From the human T2T-CHM13v2.0 reference genome, Homo sapiens: DNA of 64,000 nucleotides. A program made the translations under genes and the position numbers. The DNA is taken from NCBI RefSeq assembly GCF_009914755.1, contig NC_060929.1, one strand, 5' to 3'. Below, piece after piece: positions 42,800-56,501 of the stretch (position 1 is its first letter; the number at the start of each line of letters is the position of its first letter). The notes beneath the pieces are model-generated. The model was given only the letters and a program-made list of their open reading frames with translations. It was not told where the DNA came from and made no database searches.

Positions 42800-43140
42800 A
42801 TTAGGCTGGGAAGGCTCCAGAGTTTTAGGTTTTTATGTTAGCAAACCAAAGCCCAATATAAACAATAAGATAAACTTTACCAATTAGAATGGCCAACTAA
42901 CATCTAAGTAAAGACTTTCCCAATCAGATACTGCCAACTAACCTCTAACTAGTCTTTTTGCTCTAAACAGTCAAATATATTTTCTTTGTCTTTTTTCTTA
43001 GTGCACTTATGAAAACTCACTGCCCATGCTGCTGGGGTGGAGCTTTCTGAACCTTTTGTGGTTCTGATGCTGCCCAATTCATGAATTGTTTTTTATTCAA
43101 ATAAACTGCTAAATTCATCTTGTACGAAATTTTTCTTATA
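42800..43140 (+). mobile_element. ERV1-class solo LTR remnant, family uncertain
   Basis: CCAAT motifs, ggagctttctgaacc...gctgcccaattcatgaa...aataaactg. Confidence 0.5.
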
Positions 43141-44679
43141 AAGTATGTTATGCATATACTTTAACCATTATAAAGTGCAAACAAAAATAGAAAATAAAGG
43201 AAGAGATTTTTAAAGTATAAGATTTCTAACAATTTCTCTTCATGCCCAATGAACTGTCTTGAACACTCCTCCTGAGATACTCATTTTATTTTGGAGGCAA
43301 CTGATAAAAAAGAGTGGAGAGAGAAAATCATTGCACTAGAAGTAGGCAAAGCATACAGGGATCTTTCAACAAAACCATAATGTTCACCAGTGGTTGGTTC
43401 CACTTTTTTAATAGTGTTAACAAGTTCCTTTGCTCAGCATGCAAGTGTGCACCAAGCCCACAGTCTGATCCAAGGCTTATTTCGTCACAGCATTTTGCCC
43501 CAGCTGCAGGCCTCTCATGGGTCCCTGGTTCACAATTCTGAGGGTCTTACTGTTGCTCTCCTGGCTAGGTAACCACATAAGAGACATTTTCCCCTGAATG
43601 TCCAACAGGCACCATCTACACAAGACTGAAATGCGAGCTGAGGATTGGCTTTAGACTCCTTTCTCTGACTTACATGTTCATGTGTAACCAGCATGTCCTG
43701 TTGCTCCTGTCTCCCAAGTGTTGTTTGAATTCAGCCTTTTCCCTCCAGTCTCAGTGCACCAACTTCATCATTTCCTGCCTCTTTAACTGCAGTGGCTTCC
43801 GATAGAATTGTTCTGCCTCTAATCCTTTCTTTGCAGGGTTGTCAACATGATCTTCCTATGCTTAACTGGATGATATTTGCTTAAGCCTTTCACTAGCTTT
43901 CCAAACCTTTAAAAAAAAAAAAAATCAACTCTTTAAGAGTACATACAAGCGTTTCCTTCATCAGAGCTTACTACCTCTTCACTTGCATGTGGCATTGCTT
44001 TTGCTTCTCTCACTTCATGTCTTCTTCCACATTGTCTTACCCTTTGTTAATCCACCCTTTTTCAAATTCAGCTAGAATTTCACCTCCTCCATCAAAGTCT
44101 CCTCTGACCCTTTCAGAGTATGTATTGCATCGTATGATAGCATTCTACATCTTCATTCTACTAGATCTTGTCAGGGGTAGAGTTCACTTTCTTATTTTCA
44201 TGGGTGTGTTTAGAATAGTAGTTCTCAAACTTTAGTGTTCATAAAAATAACCAGAGGAGATTAAAGTGCAGATTCCAGATTTAGTAGGTTTAGGGTGGTG
44301 CCAGGCAAACTGCTATTGTAACTAGCTCCCTCCTCCAAGTGACTTTCATTTATCATTCTTAGAGTTTAGTGCAGCATCAGGTGCTTAGGCCCTCAATAAA
44401 TGTCAATAAAAGAAGGCATTCTCTATCTCTTATCTTTCCATGCCTAATAAGAAAATACACTAATATTGGCTGAGGCAAAAGCTATATTGACTACACATTT
44501 GTCTGTGGGACTTTTGATAGGCTATATCTGGGTGCAGAGAATAAAACTCACAGCATAAATCTGGTCTTCAGACCTGTTTTTGTTGCATCTCTGTGTGTGC
44601 AAACACACATACATTCACATAAATTCACACACACTCACATACGTTCATATAAATCCATTAAAAGTAGTTTGGAAAAGCA

Positions 44680-45110
44680 TAAAATGATGGAGAAACTTGT
44701 CCAGATTAAAATATACCAAAAAGATATAAAAATCAAGTGTAATACATAACTCTTGGTTGGATTCTGGTTTGCACAAAAAAAAAGTTGATAAGATAATTTT
44801 GGTACAACTGGAGAAATTTCAATATGGGCAATTAAATGTTATGAAATTATTATTTTTCATAGGGGATGCCAATAGTATTATGGTTAAACTAGAGAATGTT
44901 CGTATTCTTAGGAGGTGCATGCTGAGATCTGTGAGAATGAATTGTCATTTGCACAACTTGTATTCAAGTGGCTTAGGAAATAATTTATATACACACATAT
45001 GTGGCAACACATTAACAATTTGGTGTAAATCTAGATGAAAGGGATATAGATGTGTGCTGTGTTATTGTTTAAGCTTTTCTGTAGATTTTAATTTTTAAAA
45101 ATGATAAAAT
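44680..45110 (+). mobile_element. Old L1M 3'UTR
   Basis: ttgtccagattaaa...attcttaggaggtgcatgctga...atgtggcaacacattaacaatttggtg. Confidence 0.6.
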
Positions 45111-47561
45111 ATAAACACTAAAGTGAATTCATGTAATGATGGAAATTTCTAGCTTTCCATGCAAAGTCTGATTCTCTGATGCAACAATTTGCTGGAGCTC
45201 TGAAAAGCCTCCAGAGTTTGCCATAATGGCTTCCGTCATTGAAGTCACCTGCCTGAATCCAGTAGGCCTTTGGTTTGCAATCCATGGAAGAAAAAATTTC
45301 AACTCCTTAATAACACGCATAAAGCTTTCCTTCATCAGGCCTCATTGAGTCATGAGCTTTTGAAATTCTCCTCCTGATTCTCTTTATAGAATTGTTTTTC
45401 TTGAATCCCATAAGATTGACCCAAAATGTTTTTCACTGGGGAAGACCTTTCACCTTGAGAGGGCCAACTGGGAACTGGGAACAGAAGGCTTGGATAAGAC
45501 ATATATGCTGTTTCCATTCTTGACACACATATAAAGCCCAGTGCATCTCTCTAAGATCAATGATCAGATTGGAATAAGATGAAAGACTCAGAGGCAAAGG
45601 ATAACTTTTAACAAGAGCAATAATATTATTTCCACCTTCTAGGATCTGGGGTCCTGGCCATACAAATCAGGATGAATAGAACTACATTTAGTTGGTAGAT
45701 AGATAAGTAACCTCAAATGAAACACAGTGAAATCATGATAGAGACTGTCTTTGGGAAGCAAAGGCAAGAAATAGGCCTGAGGAACAATTATGACTGAATT
45801 TCAACTTTATATATAATGTTTATTCTTTTCGTATTAGAAAGACTTTAAGCAAAGATGACAAAATCTTTGCCAGTTCTTAGTGATGAATACATTGTTGTTT
45901 CTTATATATTCTGTTTCTTCTGTTTGTAAAATTTCTCAAAACAAACAAACCAAAATGTGTCTACCCCTCATGGGACAAAGATATCCACAAATATTTTGTA
46001 CCATGGACATGCCAACTTTGGAAAAGTTGTCACCTATAGTAATGTGTTGTCAGTTTCTTTCCAGAACTGAAGGAAGTGGAAGTAGAATCATAAGCCTCCA
46101 GTTTTCTTGACTACTATTGAATATTAGGAATCATTGATTTTAATTTCAAATCACCAGGGTCAACATTTTTTGATACCGTATTTCCCCGTAATTCCCCAGT
46201 GGTTAAAGAAAGAGGTTAGCAAAAGAAAATCAAGACAAAAAAGTAGAAGATACTTCTTATATATGAACTTCCCTTCCTTTTTATTTTCTTACTCTGAGAG
46301 CTAATAAAGCAAGATCTCTGACTTATGATGTAATCTTTCCTCTTTTTTGGTTCTGAGAGCTAATAAATTTTAAAACACAATTAGAGTATTACAGTTGATG
46401 ACCCCTTTGGGATTTTTACCTAAATACAGTTTTCTCTCACGATAAAATTAGGATGGTTCTTTTGTCCACTATAATTTTTTTGTAATGCATGGAAATAAAA
46501 TGAGATAGTAACAAGGCTTTGTCTTACAGTGGCAGAAGATCTCATCTCTCTGTGTGAAGAGTATGGCTACGATCCTAGGACTGGGGTCTGTCCTGATTCA
46601 ATGTCCTCCTGCCTTCTTGGCCAGAATGGGACTGGGGCTATCAAAAGGAGCCTGGGACTCAGGACCCAGGGAATAGTGGATGAATCTTTTAGAAGACAGG
46701 GGCTGATACTCCCTTACTAAAGGATCCATGTAAAACACAGTAGGACTCTGAGCTTGTTGGAATGGGATTGATGTCCACCATTCCCCAGTAGAGAAGTGCA
46801 GACAACAAGCTGCTTGCACGAAATACGAAGCTAATTTGTTCTATAGAGTCATTCTCTGCAGTGTTAAGAGAGTGACTATAAAAGAAGAAACCAGGGGAGA
46901 AATCAGCCATTGTCCAGACTTAAATAAAATGACAGTGGAAACTAGTAACTCACCTGAACTGTGTCCATTTCCAGAATTAGTTGAAACTCTAAACTCCTTT
47001 AAGTCTGACCAAGGCGGGTGAGTTGGGGGTACATCCTTTGATATTCACTTTTGACATTTATGTCTGCCTTAACTTAGGGATATGATTTGACTTACTGTAT
47101 GAAAGTCAAATAATGATTAATAGCTACCTTTATTGTGGGATTAACATATTCCAGGCAAGGTGCAGAGAATTTATATAGATTGTCTAGTTTAATCCTCATA
47201 ATATTGCTAAGGTGATGATTATGCCCATTTTATAGATAAGGGCAATCAGGTTTAGAGAGGTAAAGTGAGTTGCCTAAAAGGCAGAAGAGGTCCTGAAACT
47301 TCAGTCTGTATAATAGTCCAGATCCACTTCGTTAAATACACCCAGTGATTCTAAAAGCTGGCTTCACAAGAGAATAACCTGAGGGTAATTTTACAAAATG
47401 CTGACAGCCAGGCCCGTGTGGTTCAATTAAATCACAGTACTTGAGTGAGGTGCCTGGGCATCTGTACTCTTCAGAGCTCTCAGATGATTCTAATGGGCAA
47501 ATCAAGATCGGGAATCTCTGAACTACTTTATACTGTTTCCAACATAACTAAACTCTTCCTA

Positions 47562-48036
47562 TAGTGAGGTAGGCAAAATAACGTCCCCATCTTCCAAAAG
47601 ATGTCCACCTCCATATCCCAGGAACTGTGAATATGCTACCTTATATAGCAAAGGGGAATTTGCAGGAGAGCAATTAGGTTAAGAATCTTAAAATGAGAAG
47701 ATTACTCTGGATTATTTTGGGAAGACCCAAGTAACCAGAAGGATCGTTATACATGGAAGCAGATGGCAGGAAGGCCAGTGTCAGAGTGATGCAGCTGAGA
47801 AAGACTTGATCAGCTATTGTTGGCTTTCAAGCTGAAATAAGGCCATGAGCCGAGGAATGCAGGCAGCCTTTGGAAGCTGGAAGAGGCAAAGAAATGGAGC
47901 CTCCGCCAGAACCTCCAGAAGAAGCACAACTCTGCCCACACCTCAGAGGCTCATTGCAGACTTCTGACCTCCAGAACTATAAGACAATAAATTTCTGTTG
48001 CTTTAGGCCATGAAATTCATGGTAATTTGTCACAGC
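47562..48036 (+). mobile_element. MLT1D-like MaLR LTR whose 3' end runs into a microsatellite
   Basis: aaagatgtccac...ggaagctggaagaggcaaag...gacttctgacctccagaactataagacaataaattt. Confidence 0.8.
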
Positions 48037-48103
48037 ATATATATATGTATATATGTATAATATGTGTATATATATTTCTGTATATGTGTGTGTGTATATA
48101 TGT

Positions 48104-48353
48104 ATACATATTCTTCCACATCCCTGCAGCTTCTCTTCTGTCTTAAACATGCTTACAGTCACTTTTTTAAAAAGTCCTATCACTGTGTAAAAATGTATTA
48201 TTACTTCAGTGAATTGGCCTTACCTAGACACCCGTTCAAAGGCATTATCCACAAGGCTGATGCTGGCATCACGGTCTAATGACTGAAACCCAACTGGACA
48301 GGGTACAGCTGAGAATTGCTGACTCTGTGAGAACTTAGACTTCCCTGTCTCAG

Positions 48354-48354
<1 letters not shown>
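48104..48354 (-). repeat. Left arm of a ~250-bp inverted duplication
   Basis: Reverse complement aligns to 49284-49532; about 29 differences by hand count. Confidence 0.93.
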
Positions 48355-48399
<45 letters not shown>

Positions 48400-48418
48400 C
48401 ACATACATGTATATATAT
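48355..48418. repeat. (CA)n/(TA)n microsatellite; a related (TA/TG)n tract lies at 48037-48110
   Basis: Direct reading. Confidence 0.95.
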
Positions 48419-49283
48419 TAGTAGAGTGAATGGAATGACTGATTGTCCCAGGCCAACCGTAATAAAAATGGAGCATAATCTTGTGCAAATATCTTTCTAT
48501 TTAAAAAGGAAAATATACTAAAGTGTTGTATCATGATATTAATATTGATTAGAACAAGGAGGAAGAAATAAAGATAATGAGCAGGAAGAGCTATTAATCA
48601 AGACATATTTATTCCAGGAGGCAGTTTGATGGAATAGAAAAAAGTACTCAGCTCAGAGCAAAAAAAAAAAAAAAAAAAAAAAACAAAAAAAACAAAACAG
48701 CTGTAGCCACCAGCTTCAGCTGCTGTTGCCCTGGGATTTCTGTGTTACCTTGGACAAGTCATGTCCCCATTTCCATCCTCAATTCCATGAATTCAATTAG
48801 GGAACACATTCAAAAGCACCTGGCACAGTGCTTGGCACATGGCAAGTACGAAATACATGGTTGGCCATCTTTTCTCTCTAAATGTACTGAGTACCTTTTG
48901 GGTTACAAAGCTTTCTGTTAGGTGCTATGGCAAAGTTGAATAAGAAAAAAATCTCTTCTCTCAAGAAACCCAAGGCTATTTGGAAAAACATATGATATAT
49001 TTCTGGAAAATTCATAATACAATGACTATTGCAGGGTAATATATTTCAAGAATGAAATAAACAGCCCAGTCATAAGAAATTATTACACATTGGAGTGCTC
49101 CTGAAATGCTACTCGAAGAATGGGTAGGATTTCGTGGGCTGAGAGACCAGGAGATTAGTGCAAACAATGGGAGAAAGAGTGCTAATAAGGAGGTGCTCAG
49201 ACACTAATTATTTCTCAAAATTCTTATGTGGCTGGGAGGTGAACAGAGGTGCAGAGAGCTATTTCTCTTTCACAGAGGGGAGA

Positions 49284-49532
49284 ACTGAGACAGGGAAGTC
49301 TAAGTTCCCACAGAATCAGCAATTCTCAGCTGCACCCTGTCTAGTTGGGTTTCAGTCATTAGACCACAGTGCCAACTTCAGCCTTGTGGATGATGCCTTT
49401 GAAGGGGTTTCTAGGTAAGACTGACTCACTGAAGTAATAATACATTTTTACATAGTGAAGAGACTTAAAAAAAAGTGACTGGAAGCATGTTTAAGACAGA
49501 AGAGAAGCTTCAGGGATACGGATGAATTGTAT
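49284..49532 (+). repeat. Right arm of the ~250-bp inverted duplication
   Basis: actgagacagggaagtctaagttc...gcatgtttaagacagaagagaagc; the ORF track also shows TETGKSKF.Q.QQFSA in both arms. Confidence 0.93.
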
Positions 49533-50033
49533 ATCATCAAACTGTTTGCCTTAGCTCTGAGCTCTTGAGAAATAGGTCAATGTAGAACAATGAACAATGG
49601 TGAACTTTCTCTGAACCAAAGATAAGAGTGGCTGAAAGAGCAAGACAGAAAGATACCTGTTTCAGAACATGCACACACACTACACATGCACACACACGCA
49701 TACCAATCTCCTTCAGGAGTCAGCTTTGATCAAAATGAACATTGCATGTTTGTACAAAAAAGGAACATTTAATATAAACTTTTCTGGCATCAGTAGCCCA
49801 TATTACCCAGAAATATAAGTCACATGAAACTAAAGAAATGAATAAGCTACCAGGAAGGTGAGTCAGGGCTGCTCTGGGCACCACTCTACCCGTTCTCCTT
49901 GCAATAACCCACAGATGTGCAGCAGGTCTCAGAAATGGTATTCAGGCTGACAACGGACCCAGCTGTCCTCTCAAATTGAAATTAAATCCTCATGTAAAGC
50001 CATTGTAAGTGTGACATTTTAGCATAAACATTT

Positions 50034-50663
50034 ATTTTATTTATTTATTTATTTATTTATTTTTTATTTATTTTTTTTGCTTTTTTTAAAAATTATACTT
50101 TAAGTTTTAGGGTACATGTGCACATTGTGCAGGTTAGTTACATATGTATACATGTGCCATGCTGGTGCACTGCACCCACTAACTCGTCATCTAGCATTAG
50201 GTATATCTCCCAATGCTAACCCTCCCCCCTCCCCCCAACCCACAACAGTCCCCAGAGTGTGATATTCCCCTTCCTGTGTCCATGTGATCTCATTGTTCAA
50301 TTCCCACCTATGAGTGAGAATATGCAGTGTTTGGCTTTTTGTTCTTGCGATAGTTTACTGAGAATGATGATTTCCAATTTCATCCATGTCCCTACAAAGG
50401 ACATGAACTCATCATTTTTTATGGCTGCATAGTATTCCAGGGTGTATATGTGCCACATTTTCTTAATCCAGTCTATCATTGTTGGACATGTGGGTTGGTT
50501 CCAAGTCTTTGCTATTGTGAATAATGCCGCAAGAAACATACGTGTGCATGTGTCTTTATAGCAGCATGATTTAGAGTCCTTTGGGTATATACCCAGTAAT
50601 GGGATGGCTGGGTCAAATGGTATTTCTAGTTCTAGATCCCTGAGGAATCGCCACACTGACTTC
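50034..50663 (-). mobile_element. Young 5'-truncated L1 (L1PA2/3-like)
   Basis: ORF2 C-terminus; 3'UTR ...ctagatgacGAGttagtg rather than the Ta ACA; TSD cataaacattt at 50023 and 50664. Confidence 0.93.
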
Positions 50664-50946
50664 CATAAACATTTCATTTTAAAAAGTTTGCATGCAACTA
50701 GAAAGAGCTAGCAAATATTTGGCTGGGCAAATAAACGGTTTGGTTTACAAGGAGGAAGTTAGACTTAGATGTAGCCCCCAAAGAGCTGTGGGTAATTAGT
50801 TGACTGGATGAAGAACCATGGTGAGCATCCTTAGCAGTGTCTCCTGGCCAGCTTAGAAACAGAGTTCTATTGGCTTTATTCTTTCTTCAGTTAATCATTG
50901 CTTACAAGTCCAGTTGTTTTATATTTGTACTCACCATCTTCTAGAG

Positions 50947-51506
50947 CAGTGGTTCTCAACTCTTTGGTTTCAAGACCATTGAATGCTTAAAAATGATCGG
51001 CAGACTCCAAAATGCTTTTGTTAACGTTGGTAATAAGTGAGAAAACTTTAATTTACTTATTAATGCATTTAAAATAACAATAAATCATTACATATTAACA
51101 TAAAACTTCTATGAAAAATATATTTTCTAAAACAAAACTTTTAGTGAGAGGCTTGGAATTGTTGTACATTTTTGCAAATGTGTTTAATGCCTGGCATAAT
51201 AGAAAACAGCTGTATCCTGATGTTTGCTCTGCATTCAGTCTGTTGTGGCATATTGTTTTGGTTGAAGTATATAAAGATATGGCCTCATACAGACACGTAG
51301 TTGGAAAAGGGAAGGATATCTTAATAGCCTTTTCAGATAATTATGTAGTATCTAGAAAATTCCACTGAGAACTCAGGAGAAAGTGATAATGAAAAAGACA
51401 AGTTAACATAGTAGTATTATTGTGTAGGTAGTTTTGACATTGTGCGTTGCCTGAAAGGGACTTGATGACTCCCAGGCATCTTTGGATGACATTTTGAGAA
51501 CCACTG
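50947..51506. mobile_element. hAT-Charlie element (Charlie1-like deletion derivative)
   Basis: Perfect terminal inverted repeats cagtggttctcaa...ttgagaaccactg; left flank ttctagag. Confidence 0.8.
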
Positions 51507-51979
51507 CTCTGGCCTTTCTCTAGCTTAGATGGGGTTTACTGTTATCTGTGGCTAACTCTTTAAGTAAACTGACTGTGAACGCCACATGCATGATATCCAG
51601 GCTCATTTCTAGGTCTTTAAACAGCATCTTCCACTTAGTTCCATATTCACTGCCCCATCACCACAGCACATATGTCAGGAAGGCTGATTTCTCATGGAAA
51701 CATAAAGAGTATGAGAAAAGGTCATTCATCAAGGCTGTTTTTGTTTTTAATTGTATTTGTGTTTTTATTAAAATATTACTGATCCTTAAAATGCTTAAAT
51801 CCAGGCATGGAGACACATTTGTGAATCTTAGTTAATTTATAAATATAAAAGTATTTATGATTGTTTCCTATGGAGCCCATGTCCTAGGCAATGTGATTAT
51901 AAGATTTAATCAAATGGTCCTATTGTGTCAAGGAGCTCAGTCTTTGAAATACAAAGAGGCAATTAAAAATTACATAGTT

Positions 51980-52561
51980 GTGGAAAACAGTGTGGCAATT
52001 CCTCAAGGATCTAGAATTAGAAATACCATTTGACCCAGCAATCCCATTACTGGGTATCTACCCAAAGGATTATAAATCATGCTACTATAAAGACACATGT
52101 ACACATATGTTTATTGCAGCACTATTTACAATAGCAAAGACTTGGAACCAACCTAAATGCCCATCAATGATAGAATGGATAAGGAAAATGTGGCACATAT
52201 ACACCATGGAATACTATGCAGCCATTAAAAAGGATGAGTTCATGTCCTTTGCAGGGACATGGATGAAGCTGGAAACCATCATTCTCAGCAAAGTAACAGG
52301 AACAGAAAACCAAACACCACATGTTCTTACTCATAAGTGGGAGTTGAACAACGAGAACACATGGACACAGGGAGGGGAACATCATACACCAGGGCCTGTC
52401 AGGGGGTCGGGGGCAAGGGGTGGGATAGTATTAGAACAAATACCTAATGCATGCGGGCTTAAAACCTAGATGATGGGTTGATGGGTGCAGCAAACCACCA
52501 TGGCACGTGTATACCTATGTAACAAACTTGCACCTTCTGCATATGTATCCAAGAACTTAAA

Positions 52562-52594
<33 letters not shown>

Positions 52595-52595
52595 T
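51980..52595 (+). mobile_element. 5'-truncated L1PA (about PA7-10) with (AAT)n tail
   Basis: ORF2 C-terminal peptide; TSD aaattacatagtt / aaatcacacagtt. Confidence 0.93.
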
Positions 52596-53352
52596 AAATC
52601 ACACAGTTTATAAATACAAACTCAATAATCAATTTAAATTCCCTGGAAGAAAAAAAGGTCAGTGTAGCTTGCGGGGTAGTGGAATTGTTTCCTGTTCACA
52701 CCATAACTAGAAATGGAGGCAAGAAACAATGACTGTCAGAAAGCTTGAGGTGAAGAGGGAACTACAGATAATACCCCAAGGATCAGCTTTTTTTTTTTCA
52801 CAGTCAGTGCAGGATCTTAAAAATGTTTTTCTTGAGAAATGAACAAAGGTGACATTTTTACCCTTTGGGCTTAGAAAGGGGTCAGAGCACAATTCAAAAA
52901 TAAATAACTCTTGGCTGATTTGATGCAGATGTCATCCACAGTTGTCCAAACAGGGGCAGAGGGAGTGTCTACAATTTGCTACAGATTTACATTTAGCATC
53001 TTTGTGAATTCAGCAGAATTCATAAAATGTAGACTACTTTGTTTCCCTTCCTGCCAATTAAATCTAATTAAATCTTTACTTGTTTTTTTTTTTTTGGTAT
53101 TGTGATGCTAGACACCTGAGTAGATATATAGGAGCTGCCATTTTTATTGTATAAACAGTCGTTAAGCAGTTTTTGAGCAAGTATTTGGTGCTAGGTGTTG
53201 TACTGAGTGAATAAATGATGAATGAAACCTGTCTAACATACGACAACTATCAAACATGTATGGGAACTTGCAGCTAATATATCATCAGCTGCCATAAATG
53301 AAATCAAACGTCTTCTATATTTCTCAACAAAACTGTTGATAAGCTTCTAGAA

Positions 53353-53555
53353 CAGTGTTGTGCAATAGGACTCTTTTGTAGTGATAGAAATATTCTATTT
53401 TGGTGTGGTCCAATATGGTAGCCACTGACCACATTTCACTATTGAGTACCTGAACTGTGCAATTGAGGAACTAAAACATTAATTTCATTTATTTTTAGTT
53501 AGTTAAAATTTAAACAGCCACATGTGGCTTGTGGCTACAGTATTGGACAGTACAG
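53353..53555. mobile_element. MER3
   Basis: tccaatatggtagccact...agccacatgtggct...tattggacagtacag. Confidence 0.8.
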
Positions 53556-56501
53556 GACCAGGACCCTATGATATCTTTTAGTTTTCTAAACCTCTCAGAT
53601 ACTAGATAAATTCTAGGTGTGCCACAAGATTTTAAAAGGTACTTTATATTAAATTCTTATTAAGGCTCAAACGTGGGTTAATGAGAAGATTAACACACCA
53701 TTTCCTTTGCTTTGAAGTTAAGGATAAATATGAAAATAATCACTAGAAAATTTATCGGAGTAAATCCCTAATTTCAAGAGACCAGTATGTCTTGGAAAAC
53801 CTGCTGGATGTTCTGGACTTTAATAGACTAAAGAAGGCATTGAGGTTTTTGATAATATAATAACTTATGAATAGGAAAATAAGGTATTCAATAACTCTGG
53901 CAAAGAAGTGAAAGCAAATGCAGAAAATATAGGCCATTAATGTAGATCCAATTTCTGGGGGATAGTGTGATGTTGCACATGTGGCTAGAGGAATTATAAT
54001 GGTTTGGAAAAAATTCAGAAATTGAGATGCCATATCCATAGAGATATAGCAACACCTAAATTTGTAGGGGGTACAGATTTTACAGTCAAAGGTTCTCATC
54101 ATAGTTTAAAAGATGAAGACAAAGATGCAGACAGCTACATAACAATGAAGAATCAGGGAATAACAAGGAACAATCAAAGGTTTATCACAAGATAGCAAGT
54201 TATTAACCAGCAAATTAAAAGACTGGAAATAAATGTTGTAAATTCAGAGGAAGCTAAGCTCACATTGGACAAGGGGGCTGAGATAGCTCTCTGCTGCTTA
54301 GCCAGTTTTTATCCTTGGCCAAATTGCTTGACCTGAGTTTCAATGTTGTCATCTATCAAACAGAGATATTAGCTAATGTAAGGTTGCTATGAAGACTGGC
54401 ACAAGGCCTAACACGTAGCAGGTACTTAAGACTACAAGACTACTCAAGTAGTTATGACTATTCACTACTGCCACCAGGAACTTCTGGAAGTTGCACAAAT
54501 ATAAGAAATGTACTTATGGTGGTGGTAGGCAGTGAGTAAGTGAATTTAATTTGAACAGAGGTTGATGAAGGAAATAGTAGAAAGCAAATTTAACAAGTAA
54601 GTTGGGCCCAAATAATCTCTTTTCCTTGAAATCCCGACAAAACAATTTGGGTTTGACTGTCATTGGTAACTGGAAAAAATTGTAGGCTCATGCCAAAAAC
54701 AACAGTTAGGTAGATTAGCCAGAGGCACCACAAAAGATAAATCGAGTCGAAAGGCAAGGAAGGCAGTTAGGGGGATGTTACAATAATCTAAGTATGAGAT
54801 GACCGGCTTGCTGAAGATATTAGGTGCATACATGGAAGTAAAAGGGCAAATACGAAAGATATTTTGAAGAAAGAATGAATTAAATTTGGGCTTCGCAGTC
54901 TGTGGGTCCAGGTGTTATAAATGAGTTGAGATTGATCCACTAAGGCCTTGGGGGCTGTGGGGAACATTCTAACCTTCATCAAGCAACTACTTCCCACCAA
55001 GATGCAAATAGAATTTTTTGCTTACTCAATCAATAAGATATCATCATTTCTTGCATAGGCTATAATATAAAAATTTCTGATAATCACTGAACTAAGGTGC
55101 TTAGTGCCAGACTGGATATAAGGATTGAAAGTAAAAAAGAGTTAAAATGACTACAATACTTCAAGACAAAATGAGAGATACTGATGATGGCATAGGTGGG
55201 AAAAGAAACCCAGTGGGAGAAATTTGTTTTGAATATTTCAGTTGCTGTGAATATGAAACATTCATACAAATAAATGGCTGGGAAAACAAGATTGCAACAA
55301 GAATGAGAGGTTTCTTAGAGATAGAGATTATCTGCATTGAAAATGGAAATCAGTCAATTGTATTTGGCTAAAGCATCACTCAGGGAATGCGGATTAATAG
55401 ATTCGTATGAACCTGTTTCAATCTCCTTTCTCTTTAGGTCTGTTCTATTATTTTCACCCTTGCTTTAGACAAAGATATAGAAGCATTATGACATTTACAA
55501 ATCATACAAGTATGGGAGGAATAGCTAATACATCGGTGGATGTAATCAAAATTCAGAATGGTTTATTGACCCCAAACTGAGAAGATACAAATGAACACCA
55601 CCATGTGAATGTACTTTATGCCACTGAACTGTACCCTTAAAAATGGTTAAGATGGTAAATTTTGTTATGTGTATTTTACAATTAAAAAGAACAATATTTA
55701 TTGAGAAGTTCTGCATGTATATGTGTGTATATATATGTACATATATATTATATACATCCTATAATATATCTGTGTGTGTGTGTATGTACGTGTATGTGCA
55801 TAAAATTCCTGTGAGGATAAATCTTAAGGAAGCCTGAGTGGGAGAAAGAAAATGCATTATATTTTTTTAGGTGAATTTTTTACTTTCTTCCTTTGAGTTT
55901 CTCCTAAAGAATTCACTCTAGGGGAAAAAAATCCCCCAGTTATAACTTGGCAAATATCAAAATATTTAATTAAGGTGAGATCAATTTTTTTGCAGTACTT
56001 TTGTGGGCCAACCCACCTGCCTTCCAAAGAAGGGACAATAAAGAGCAGCTGTCATGTGAGAAAAAAAGTTGATGAGGACAATGAGGTCTCTGTAGTCAAA
56101 TAGGGAACTATTACTGTGGGTGCAAGAAGAGAGAAAAAAGAGCCCCAAGCCCTCAAAGTGTCTGCATACAATCTCTACAACAGCCAGCATCAAATCAGCA
56201 CAAAATCTGTCTAGGAGCTTATCCAGAATACCAAAACAAAGATTAAGGAGCATAGATGGAAAGATGATTAAGCCTAAAGGAAAGCCGAGAGGGTATCAGG
56301 GTGAGGCTTCATGTTTGTTTACTTCTTTCCTCCAACAGCTAGGCTTTAAACCACTTCTCCTTGTCACATGGTCACACGTGAAAACCTCTTTGTGTGTGAG
56401 AACATGCTGGGTATTTCTGCACATGCCAGTGTGCCTTTTTGGCCACCTGACTTGCTCATGGAGACTTATGTGTAAGTGGATCACTCTAAAGGGGGCATCA
56501 C

